From positions 5,568,001-5,632,000 of the forward strand of contig OY759599.1 of NCBI GenBank assembly GCA_963662465.1: a stretch of DNA of 64,000 bases. The letters run 5' to 3'. The DNA comes from Desulfatiglandales bacterium (GTDB taxonomy: Bacteria; Desulfobacterota; DSM-4660; Desulfatiglandales; Desulfatiglandaceae). Each line of letters starts with the position of its first letter. Position 1 is the first letter of the stretch. Positions 30,072 through 39,637 of the stretch are shown piece after piece. A program made the translations under genes and the position numbers. A model generated the notes under the pieces. The model did no database searches and was not told the DNA's origin. It saw only the letters and a program-made list of their open reading frames with translations.

Positions 30072-30907
30072 AACATCTCGGAATGTCCATGAAAACACGA
30101 AGACTCCTATCGAACACAACCTTTGCAGCCTTCGACATCGAAACCACAGGCCTTACACCGGTGGTGGACGGCATTGTCGAAATCGGTGCGGTGCGATTCT
30201 GTGGAAACCAAGTCATTGATACCTTTGATGAGATGGTAGATCCATTGCGGCCCATCTCCCCCGGCGCATCATCGGTCAACGGGATTACTGATGAAATGGT
30301 TCAGGGAAAGCCCACAATCGAAGAGGCGCTTCCGCGTTTCCTGGAATTCTTAGGTGATGCGGTACCGGTGGCCCATCATGCGCCTTTTGATGTGGGGTTT
30401 CTGGCCTATGAAATTTCAAGGCTGAATCTTGCGGTCCCAGATCAGCCGGTGCTGGACACCTGCGTGATCCCCAAAAGACTGTTCCCGCATGTGCGTCGTT
30501 ACAGCCTCGAAAACCTGGCCCGGTTTTTCAGCCTAAAATCCGAAACCTTTCACCGCGCCCTGGCCGACTCAATGGTGTGTATGAAAATATTGAACCGATG
30601 CGTGGCTGAAATGGGAGGACTTGAACGGGTATCCCTTTCGGAAATCTTTGAGATAAACGGCCCTTCCGTGAGCTTTTGCAGTGGCGGGATCGTTCTGGAT
30701 GCATCCTGTCATCCCCTGCAAGCGGCAATTGAAAACGGCAATGAAATAGAGATCACTTATCGTGATGCTCGGGGCGCCCTGTCTGCTCGAACCATTACGC
30801 CTCTTTCTTTGGGTGTTTCAAAGGGGGCGGTCATGATGGAGGCCTTCTGCCATTTACGAAAAGGAAAACGAAATTTTCGGTTGGATCGCATCGTGGAGAT
30901 TCGATGA
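30068..30907 (+). CDS. DEDDh (DnaQ-like) 3'-5' exonuclease fused to a C-terminal WYL domain
   Basis: ExoI DIETTG, ExoII HHAPFDVGF, ExoIII HRALADS. WYL segment ITYRDARG..SARTITP...EAFCHLRKGKRNFRLDRI. Confidence 0.9.
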   Translation: MKHLGMSMKTRRLLSNTTFAAFDIETTGLTPVVDGIVEIGAVRFCGNQVIDTFDEMVDPLRPISPGASSVNGITDEMVQGKPTIEEALPRFLEFLGDAVPVAHHAPFDVGFLAYEISRLNLAVPDQPVLDTCVIPKRLFPHVRRYSLENLARFFSLKSETFHRALADSMVCMKILNRCVAEMGGLERVSLSEIFEINGPSVSFCSGGIVLDASCHPLQAAIENGNEIEITYRDARGALSARTITPLSLGVSKGAVMMEAFCHLRKGKRNFRLDRIVEIR

Positions 30908-32769
30908 TCAGAAAACAGAACGCCATCACCGGGAGCGTAATCTATTCCCACTTTCGGCATCTCTGCCCCTATCACACCTGGCTCCTTTTTAATGTGGGGT
31001 TTACGGAAGTAACGCCTGCCCCTTCAGATCGGCTGCTCATGGATACGAGCATTCGCCATGAAGATGAGGCCCTGAGATATTTCAAGAATCAACTGGGGGA
31101 TGAGTGTGTTGAAATCCCGGCTGTTGAGGGTCAAAACACCGAGCAGGATATGGCGCTCAGGGCCGAGAAAACGGTTGTGGCCATGCAGGAAGGGAAACAG
31201 GTTATTTACCACGGTATTCTGGCGCCCGACATGGCACTTCTTAAAAACACTCTCGGCCCGTTGCCTTACAACATTCCCATGCGGGGTGAAACGGATTTTC
31301 TCTTCAGGGTGGATACCGGAGAGAAGAGCAAATGGGGTCCGTTTCATTATGAAGTGGGCGATGCGAAGTCTTCACGGTCCTCAAAATTCTGCCAGCAGAT
31401 GCAGGTGACGTTCTACGCCTGGCTTCTTGCGCACATTCAAGGGGTTTCTGCCCAATGCGGCAGAATTTTAACCCGGCCCCTGGGTGTGGAAGAAATGTCT
31501 GCTCCTTTCAGAGAGGAACTTTTTCTGATTGATGACTACGTCTGGACGCTGAGAACCTTCCTCGAAGAAGAATTCAACGAAATCCTTCAAAAAAATGAAG
31601 AGATGTTTTTCTTTCATCCCAAAGGGGCCTGCGGCATATGCCCCTTTTACGACCGATGTATGGAAAGGGCTGTAGCCGGAAATGATCTTTCTCTTATTCC
31701 GGATATCCGAAAAATCCAGAAACGCCATCTCAACCGGGCAGGTATCATGGAAGTCGCATCTCTGGCCAATGCGGATGACGGTATTTTGAAAAAGGCCGCC
31801 AAAGCCACCGGTGTCACGTTAACCGGGTTCAACAAACTGAAATTGCAGGCAGTATCCCTCATGAGGGAGGAGCCCGTTTCCAGAGAGCTGTTTGCTTCGC
31901 CGAAGGAGGCTTGCCTGGCCATCACCCAGGGGGAACTGGATCTGCCCGGTCAAAAAGAAGGGATTATGTCCCTTGATTTTACGGACTCGGCACGGGTTCA
32001 CGTTCACTTCGACATGGAGTCCAATCCCTATTTTTCGGTGGAATACCTGTTCGGGATGATGGTGGATGAAACGGGCAAAAACGGCCGAAGGATGAAAGGT
32101 TCCGCGGAATTCCATACGGCCCATACCCTTTCGAGGGACGAAGAATACCGGGCGTTTCGGTCTTTTCTGGAAAGAATGGATGAACTCAGGGAGCAGTTTG
32201 GTGAAGATGGTTTCATCATTTTTCACTATGCCCATTATGAGCCCACACACCTTCTGGCCCTGGCGGAAAAATACAAGGACCGCTCACCTGATCTGGCAGG
32301 CCGGGTGGACTACCTCAATCAGCGGATGGTGGATCTCTACAAGCTCATTCGCAACACCTATTTTCTCCCGGTTCGTTCCTACTCCATCAAGGAAGTGGCG
32401 CCCTGCATCAAAACGCTTATGGAAAAAAAGGGCCTTACGGGTGGGCATCAGTGGAAAAAGATTCAATCCCTTGAAGAACTGGAAACGGAATTGAAGAAAA
32501 GCAAGTGGCTAAAATCCGAAATCGAGGAGAGCCTGAGTGACGTCAGGGAAGTCATGAAAGATTTCAAACTCGATGATCCCGCCATGATGTTTGACCCCTC
32601 CGCGGACATGTCGGTAGTCTGGTACAATCTTTATGTAGAACGCAAAAAAAGAGTCTGGATGAAGCTCATTGAAATTTACAACGAAGACGACCTGAACGCC
32701 ACCCGTGCGCTGGTCGACTGGTTCCTCTTCATGGAAGCGCAAACCAAAGGGTCAAAACGCGATGCCTGA
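30904..32769 (+). CDS. TM0106-family RecB/Cas4-like nuclease with a C-terminal RNase H-like domain
   Basis: PD-(D/E)XK motif ETDFL...YEVGDAKSS...QVTFY. Fe-S-type cysteines CPY and CGICPFYDRC. RNase H-like FDME...FHYAHYE...YSIKEVA...YNEDD. Confidence 0.85.
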   Translation: MIRKQNAITGSVIYSHFRHLCPYHTWLLFNVGFTEVTPAPSDRLLMDTSIRHEDEALRYFKNQLGDECVEIPAVEGQNTEQDMALRAEKTVVAMQEGKQVIYHGILAPDMALLKNTLGPLPYNIPMRGETDFLFRVDTGEKSKWGPFHYEVGDAKSSRSSKFCQQMQVTFYAWLLAHIQGVSAQCGRILTRPLGVEEMSAPFREELFLIDDYVWTLRTFLEEEFNEILQKNEEMFFFHPKGACGICPFYDRCMERAVAGNDLSLIPDIRKIQKRHLNRAGIMEVASLANADDGILKKAAKATGVTLTGFNKLKLQAVSLMREEPVSRELFASPKEACLAITQGELDLPGQKEGIMSLDFTDSARVHVHFDMESNPYFSVEYLFGMMVDETGKNGRRMKGSAEFHTAHTLSRDEEYRAFRSFLERMDELREQFGEDGFIIFHYAHYEPTHLLALAEKYKDRSPDLAGRVDYLNQRMVDLYKLIRNTYFLPVRSYSIKEVAPCIKTLMEKKGLTGGHQWKKIQSLEELETELKKSKWLKSEIEESLSDVREVMKDFKLDDPAMMFDPSADMSVVWYNLYVERKKRVWMKLIEIYNEDDLNATRALVDWFLFMEAQTKGSKRDA

Positions 32770-34730
32770 GACACCCATCACATCCCCCATCACATCCATT
32801 GACGTTCTCAAATTTATCGACGGGGAGTTCAGAACCGCCGCACGGGACGTCCTTGAACTCCACAGCCTTGAAATTGAGGAAAGGGAAGAGAAGTTTCGGT
32901 GTCTGCGTGTGGTTCACATCGGCAGCAGGATTTTTTCTTTTACAAAAAACGCTTCCAAGTTCAGGGTCGGGGACTATGTGTTGCTGAACCCCCACAGTAA
33001 AGACATGAAGGGAGAATTGATCCATGCGGGGGACAAGCTGGTGATCAGTGAGTTGGATGAGGAAAAGTCCCGGGTGACACTGGATGATCCTTATAACCTG
33101 TGGAGCAACCATTACGACCCGGCGCACGATGAGAAATGCCTCATAGACGTGCGGCCGGTGAGCCGGTTCCCCCTCTATTCTTACCCGGCCTGGGCCTCAG
33201 GGTATCTCAGCACCCGCACCGGGACCGTTAATCCGGAGTATCTTTTCCGGATCATATATGGCGTCGAAAGCCAAAGGTCCTTTTCCTAGCCCCCCCTCAT
33301 TTCTCTTGAAGGGACAGAAACGCGCCTTTGTACAGGCGCTAAAAAACCGCCTTTCCCTGATTCAGGGACCTCCGGGAACGGGAAAGACCTTTCTCATCGC
33401 TCAGATCACCGAAGCCCTGGTGAACACGGGCAACAAAGTTCTTATCTGCGCCTTTTCACACCGGGCCATCAACAATGCCCTCAATGCCTGCGTTCGCGAC
33501 ACTTCGCTCGTGCAGGTATCCAAAATCGGCGGCGGTTATGCCAATGATGATCTCGATGATCGCGTTGGGAATGACGCCGGTTCCCCCGTCGTGGGCATGA
33601 CGGCGTTTGAAGCCTTCAAGCCCATACCTTCCATGATCAGAAGCGTGCTTAAAAAAGGCAAGTATACGGCACCCGACGTGCCAAAGGTGCGGGATGAACG
33701 GTACTGGCGAAGACTGGATGCTTATACGAAATCCATCTTTGAAGCGGGTGTGACGGTAAGGACACCGGCCTATGATGTGGCCATTTTCGACGAGGCCAGT
33801 CAGCTGTTGCTCCACCATGCCCTCATGGCCATGCCCAAGGCTGAGCGATATATCTTTGTGGGGGATCATCAACAGATGCCGCCGGTTATTCAGGGGCGCC
33901 ACAAAGGAAACCCGGTGAACCAGTCCGTGTTTTCCTACCTCATCGGGCGGTATCCTCAGTTGAATGCTATCCTTGATGAAACCCGTCGCATGAACCGGGA
34001 GATCACCGCATTTCCCAGCAGCGAATACTACGGGGGCCGGTTGAAACCGATTCCAGAGGTTCGGAATCGTAAGCTCAAAACTGAAGCCCTGCCCGATGAT
34101 CCAATACTCAGGAAGATCCTTGACCCGGAAAACCCGGTTGTTTTTGTTCACGTGGACCATGAGGGATATACACAGGAATCCCCTGAAGAAGCATCCCTGG
34201 TGGCCCAAATTGTGGTTGAGCTGGTTTCATGCTGTGGCATCGATCCAAAAGACGGTCTTTGTGTGGTGGCAGCCCACAGGCGCCAGAACAACCTGATCCG
34301 AGAATACATCGTCCGCGGGGTCAAAAAACGAAAAATTAATAAGGCGATAGTTAGAAAACTGATATCCCCGGATCTGGTGATCGATACGGTAGAGCGTATC
34401 CAGGGGCAGGAAAGGGATGTGGTTGTGGTATCGCTGACGGCTTCAGATGAAGAACACATCAAGGCGGAGAAGGACTTTTTGATGATGCCCAATCGGATGA
34501 ATGTCTCCTTTACAAGACCTCGCACCAAATTGATTGTGGTCGGCAGCAAAAAACTGTTTCGAATGATCCCGGCCGACCGGGACCAGCAGCATGAGGAAGT
34601 GGCGGACGGCAGGACCGTCCTGCGGTCGAAAGGGGTTACTCTGGCCAACCATTTCAAGCGGTGGTACTTTCATGCAAAGGAATCACAGCGAATCGTGGAG
34701 GCCACTGAGTTCGCTGGAAAGCTAGTATGA
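32762..34730 (+). pseudogene. Upf1/DNA2-like SF1 helicase split by a +1 frameshift at 33281-33289 (ORFs 32762-33289 and 33258-34730)
   Basis: The downstream frame has QGPPGTGKT, DEASQ, GDHQQMPP, TVERIQGQERD and NRMNVSFTRPR. Removing one T from TTTT (33281-33284) fuses the two ORFs (...ESQRSFPSPPSF...). They could also be two genuine genes. Confidence 0.7.
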
Positions 34731-34813
34731 CTCACTCCGGGATCGGTTTGAAGCCGCAATGCTGTATTGGCAACGTAAAAATGGAGATGTGCGATGCGCC
34801 ACTTGGTGTAGTT

Positions 34814-35112
34814 GGGTCGGACCATGGTAAATGTTTGAAAAACCATTGGAAAAGTTCAAAAATGCCCTCATTTTCGCGTTTAGTGGGTGATTTTTGATGC
34901 TGAAAAAGCCGGTTTAAGTGTGGAAGCGATTCAATGCCGGGCGCAAACCGAATATCGCTAAAGAAGTGCAGTGGATGGTGGATGGTACGCGGTGACCCGG
35001 AAGGTTCCTATGGCGGCCATTTTGGGGTTTGAAAATGATGCTTTAAGTCTCTAAAACGCCGATTGGGGGAGTGTTTAGCCTGTAATAACAGGTGGTCGGC
35101 TTGGTCCGACCC
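34814..35112. mobile_element. ~300-bp IR-bounded non-coding element (MITE or IS remnant)
   Basis: GGGTCGGACCA (34814-34824) and TGGTCCGACCC (35102-35112) form a perfect 11-bp inverted repeat. The left end recurs at 25081. No TSD or transposase is visible. Confidence 0.5.
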
Positions 35113-35309
35113 GGACATTCTCCTCTGTTTAAGGCGGAATATCTATTTATTTCTCCTTTTAAAAAGGATAAAATGCAAATTATGGACACCGATTTTACCA
35201 ATCCATTTCAGAACCGGCTCAGAGAAAAGTTAGCCGAATCCCTGACCTCGCCGATCCCGGTCGGAACGAAAAGGCGGGTATTCGGAGCTGTCGGCCTCAG
35301 CGGTAAAAT

Positions 35310-36020
35310 CACCTTCAAGCGATGACGCGGACCGGGCGCTGGATTCCATGATGCGGCTACTAAGCGCTGTTTCCGCACCCCAGGCCGACGAGATAGGGAA
35401 GATGAAGCAGGAACTCAGGCGCTTGATTTTCGACGAGCAGATGCGCCATGAAAAACGAAAGACCGCCGTGACCGCCATTGAAAGCTCCGCCACGGGAAGT
35501 CTCAAACCCTGGCGCGAGGTGGTCACCCCACACAAGGATGTAGCCAGCGGTCGTTACCAGCAGGCCGAGTTCGCGGCCGACCTCTGGCAGGTGCATCTTG
35601 GCGGCGGAACCGACGAGTACAGAGATCCGGTGGAATTCTTCCGTCGAACCTATCTCACCGAGAGTCTGAAAGGAATCCTGGTGGGTGCGGTGCAGCGGCT
35701 TTCGGGTAAGGGGGGAAACCCGGTGGTACAGCTCCAGACCAACTTCGGGGGCGGCAAAACCCACTCCATGCTGGCGCTCTATCACCTGTTCTCCGGAATT
35801 TCGCCGACCGAACTAGCGGGCATCGATGCGGTCATGCAGGAGGCCGGGGATTTGCCGCTTCCGACTGCCCGTCGGGTAGTGCTGGTGGGTAACAAGATCT
35901 CGCCGGGGAATCCGGTCACCAAACCCGATGGGACGGTGGTTCGCACCCTCTGGGGAGAGTTGGCCTGGCAACTGGGCGGCAGCAAGGCCTTTGCCCGCAT
36001 AAAGGCCGACGACGAAAAAA
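35310..36020 (+). pseudogene. Internal fragment of a DUF499 AAA+ ATPase (Swt1-HEPN/DUF499 type)
   Basis: LKPWREVVTPHKDVASGRYQQAEFAADL, FFRRTYLTESL, Walker A LQTNFGGGKTHSMLALYH, TLWGELAWQLGG. The frame is truncated at both ends and runs into unrelated AT-rich sequence after ~36020. Confidence 0.85.
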
Positions 36021-36248
36021 GGAGCGATACGAAGAGTAAAAAAAGCATTTCATGTTCCGAGAAAAAATTGATCAAAAACAATGAAAAAGTTTCATTTTTA
36101 TTGTTTTTCGAGAATTTGACGTTAAAAAGCTTGATTTATATGAGAACTTATCGTACCAAAAGTATGGATAACGTGATTTTATCTTCAGTTTAAAGCCTTT
36201 TGATTAATTTTTCGACCCAGTTTAATCTTGAAACAGGAAACGAACAAA

Positions 36249-37604
36249 ATGCTCATTCAATTTACCATAGAGAATTTTCTATCCTTCAAGGAAGAAAACA
36301 CACTCAATATGCTGGCCACCACCGACAGCAAACACAAGCACCACCTGCTGCCCAACAAAAAGAAAAAACCCCTGTTGCGCACGGCCGCCTTATACGGGGC
36401 CAACGGTTCCGGCAAATCCAATTTGATCCGGGCCATGGCCTTTGCTCAGGATCTGATTGTTGAGGGAACCCGGCCCAAGCAGCGGATTGATGTCACCCCC
36501 TTCAAGCTTGACAAGTCATGCCGGCAGACGCCCAGCCGTTTTGAGTTCGATATTAATTACCAGGATACCATCTATAGGTATGGGTTTGTGGTGGACGAAA
36601 AAGAGGTCCGGGAAGAATGGCTTTTTGCCATCCATAACGTCAAGGAAGTTCTTCTTTTTGAGCGGTTGACCACGAAGAATGGCAAAATCAAGTTAGAGAT
36701 CGGTCCTTCGTTAGCCGGCAAGAAAACCAAGAAACAACAGTTTATCAAATTTATCGCGGAAGGGACCCGCCCCAACAATCTCTTCCTCCACGAGCTGTAC
36801 GAAAAAAATGTGTCGAAGATCATGCCGCTCATTGACTGGTTTCGAGCGGTATTGATCATTATCGGACCGGAATCAAATTATCGGGATCTAATTTTCGATG
36901 CCCACATGAACGGACAATTCCTTCAGTTCATGGGAGATTTTTTGAAGGCAGCGGATACGGGTGTGGATGGCATCGTGACGGAAAAGGTTGAATTTGATTT
37001 TGAAAAACTTTTTCCGGGTATTCCGGAGCCATTGAAATCAAAGCTCACGAATATCAGCGCCAATGAAAGGATCCTGCTTTCCGCACCTGACGGCAGGCGG
37101 TTTGCCATGATGCGGGAACAAAGTGGTGAACTGACCCTGTTGAAGCTCAAGGCCAGGCATCATCTTAAGGATGCAAAAGAGCATATTAATTTTGAAATCG
37201 AAGATGAATCAGACGGGACGCGCCGTTTGATGGATCTTCTGCCGGCTCTCCTTCACTCAAAAAGCAGTGAAAAGGTCTATCTGATTGATGAAATTGATCG
37301 CTCCATGCATCCACTGCTCTCCCGGATGTTTTTAGAGGGCTACCTCAATGACGAAAATTGCGGCAGGGGACAATTGATCATTACAACCCATGAGAGCCAG
37401 CTGCTGGACCGTAACCTTCTGAGGAGGGATGAAATCTGGTTTTCGGAAAAAGACAAAAACGGCGGTTCCCATCTCTACTCTCTTTCTGAATATAAAGTGC
37501 GCAATGATTTGAAACTGGAAAAAGGCTATCTCGACGGCCGTTTTGGCGCGATTCCGTTTCTGGGTGATCTTGAAAGCCTCCCGTTCTGTCGGGCAGGGGA
37601 GTAG
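36249..37604 (+). CDS. RloA/AbiLi-like AAA_21 ATPase
   Basis: MLIQFTIENFLSFK, GANGSGKSN, ESDGTRRL, IDEIDRSMHP, QLIITTH, LRRDEIWF, YLDGRFGAIP. Confidence 0.9.
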   Translation: MLIQFTIENFLSFKEENTLNMLATTDSKHKHHLLPNKKKKPLLRTAALYGANGSGKSNLIRAMAFAQDLIVEGTRPKQRIDVTPFKLDKSCRQTPSRFEFDINYQDTIYRYGFVVDEKEVREEWLFAIHNVKEVLLFERLTTKNGKIKLEIGPSLAGKKTKKQQFIKFIAEGTRPNNLFLHELYEKNVSKIMPLIDWFRAVLIIIGPESNYRDLIFDAHMNGQFLQFMGDFLKAADTGVDGIVTEKVEFDFEKLFPGIPEPLKSKLTNISANERILLSAPDGRRFAMMREQSGELTLLKLKARHHLKDAKEHINFEIEDESDGTRRLMDLLPALLHSKSSEKVYLIDEIDRSMHPLLSRMFLEGYLNDENCGRGQLIITTHESQLLDRNLLRRDEIWFSEKDKNGGSHLYSLSEYKVRNDLKLEKGYLDGRFGAIPFLGDLESLPFCRAGE

Positions 37605-37612
37605 GCATCACA

Positions 37613-38123
37613 ATGGCATTAACGTCGAGAAAAAAAACGCCCCATCGACAGGCAAAGCAAACCGGCGCCCCACCGGGATGCTCGCCTGTTTATCATTGCT
37701 ACCGAAGGCAGGAAGACGGAAAAACAGTACTTTTACATGTTTGGCAATAAAAGATGTCAGGTGCGGGTGATTCCTAACGAAGACAACAGGTCTGCTCCCG
37801 CCCATATTCTGCAGCAACTTAAAAATTTCAAAAGGGAATTCCAGCTTAATGCCGATGATGAATTATGGCTGATGGTTGACGTAGACAGGTGGGGAAATAA
37901 AAACCTGGCTTCCGTGTCAGCTCAGGCCGGGCATAATAAATTCCAACTGGCGGTGAGCAACCCCTGTTTTGAAGTCTGGCTCTATTTGCATCACGATGAC
38001 TTAGATCACCAACCCATCAAAGCAAAGGTGATGAAGCAAAAACTGAGGGACCTTCACCAGGGCCAAACGAGAGGTGCTTGTGACAAGCTTCGGAGAGCCG
38101 AGTCGGTTTTTGGGGGAACATAG
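37613..38123 (+). pseudogene. RloB-family protein, frameshifted in an A8 run and 3'-truncated at ~38054
   Basis: With A7 in place of A8 (37630-37637) it reads MALTSRKKRPIDR...RLFIIATEGRKTEKQYF...WLMVDVD...VSNPCFEVWLYLH. From 38055 the DNA is homologous to the end of the UvrD gene (14704 onward). Confidence 0.82.
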
Positions 38124-38160
38124 ACTTTGATTTTTGACTTGAATTGATTAGGAGGATTTC

Positions 38161-39207
38161 ATGGGTGATTCGCCTCAAGATATGGCGCCGAGTAAAGGGC
38201 AGTTTCTGGTTTATCAGGCTGAAAACGGCAAGCTCAAGCTGGATGTACGGTTGGAAGATGAAACCGTCTGGCTTACTCAGCAACTGATGGCTGAGTTGTT
38301 CCAGAGTTCAAAACAGAATGTAAGTTACCATATTAACACGATTTATGAGGAAGGCGAGTTGTCGCCGGAGGCAACTGTCAAAAAATATTTGACAGTTCGC
38401 CAGGAGGGGAATCGTGAGGTTAAACGGCTGCTGGATTATTACAATTTAGACGTCATTATTTCGATTGGTTATCGGATAAAAAGTCATGTGGCGACCCGTT
38501 TTCGCATCTGGGCTACTGAGCGGCTCAAAGAATATATTGTTAAAGGTTTTACACTTGATGACGAGCGACTGAAGAATCCGGATCAGCCCTTTGACTATTT
38601 TGAAGAGCTGGAACGGCGCATTCAGGATATTCGAACTTCCGAGCGCCGCTTTTATCAGAAAATCACCGATATCTATGCTACCAGTATCGACTATGACCCA
38701 ACTCTGGATATTAGTATCAACTTCTTCAAAACCGTTCAAAATAAAATGCATTGGGCAATAACCGGCCAGACGGCGGCGGAAATAATCCACTCCCGCGCTG
38801 ACGCGAATGAGCCGAACATGGGTTTGACCAATTACCGTGGCGCCAAAGTGCGCAAGCAGGATGTCAGCATTGCCAAGAACTACCTGTTGGAAGATGAGCT
38901 GGCCGCACTGAACAACCTGGCGGAGCAATATCTTATTTTTGCGCAGGGACAGGCCATGCGCCGCATTCCCATGTATATGAATGATTGGATTGAGAAGCTT
39001 GATGGATTCCTCATGATCAACGACCGGGATATTCTGAATCATGCCGGAAAAATTTCCCATGAAATGGCAAAGCAACTGGCGGAAGGAGAATACGAAAAAT
39101 TCCACACCAATCGCCTTTCCGCGGCTAAAAACGAACTTAGCGATTTTGATAACGCAGTCAGGGAAATAGAAGCTTTCAAAAAGCAAGGGGGCGCTCATGA
39201 GAAGTGA
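38161..39207 (+). CDS. rhuM: RhuM-family (virulence/Fic-associated) DNA-binding protein
   Basis: ETVWLTQQLMAELFQ, YYNLDVIISIGYRIKS, FRIWAT, GFTLDDERLK, IRTSERRFYQK, VQNKMHWA, AKNYL. Confidence 0.92.
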   Translation: MGDSPQDMAPSKGQFLVYQAENGKLKLDVRLEDETVWLTQQLMAELFQSSKQNVSYHINTIYEEGELSPEATVKKYLTVRQEGNREVKRLLDYYNLDVIISIGYRIKSHVATRFRIWATERLKEYIVKGFTLDDERLKNPDQPFDYFEELERRIQDIRTSERRFYQKITDIYATSIDYDPTLDISINFFKTVQNKMHWAITGQTAAEIIHSRADANEPNMGLTNYRGAKVRKQDVSIAKNYLLEDELAALNNLAEQYLIFAQGQAMRRIPMYMNDWIEKLDGFLMINDRDILNHAGKISHEMAKQLAEGEYEKFHTNRLSAAKNELSDFDNAVREIEAFKKQGGAHEK

Positions 39208-39254
39208 TTTTCAGTGTCTTCAGCGTATTCTGTGTTTAAAAATGGAGGCCGTCA

Positions 39255-39350
39255 TTGAAACTCAAGTTTAAAAAACAGGCCTATCAGACACGCGCCGTTG
39301 AAGTGACAAAAGACATGGCGGAAGGCATTAAATTTCACCTTAAAAAGTGA
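39255..39350 (+). pseudogene. N-terminal stub resembling a type III restriction (Res) subunit
   Basis: GGAGG RBS and TTG start, reading MKLKFKKQAYQTRAVE; it ends after 31 codons at a deletion junction. Confidence 0.45.
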
Positions 39351-39425
39351 AAAAGATTTACCTCCAAAGGTCATTGCGCTGTTTGACAAGATATCCGCTA
39401 TTTTGAAAATAGAGGAGGCTACCGC

Positions 39426-39636
39426 ATGACAAGCACAATTGAATTATCCGTAAAGCAGGAAAAAATTGTTTATGCTGAAAATGGCCCAATCTATGTAAAG
39501 GCTAGTGCGGGAAGTGGTAAAACACGGGTTTTAACGGAAAGGGTGCGCCATTTACTGACTAAAAAAAAGGAAGATGCCATGGGGTGATTATAAAACTCGA
39601 AAAATTTCACAATTTCTAAGCGTTTTCAAGGACTAA
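39426..39636 (+). pseudogene. Copy of the 22001-23839 UvrD gene with ~1.6 kb deleted internally
   Basis: The first ~138 nt and last ~72 nt of that gene are joined at an A run (39561-39568). Confidence 0.9.
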
Positions 39637-39637
39637 A

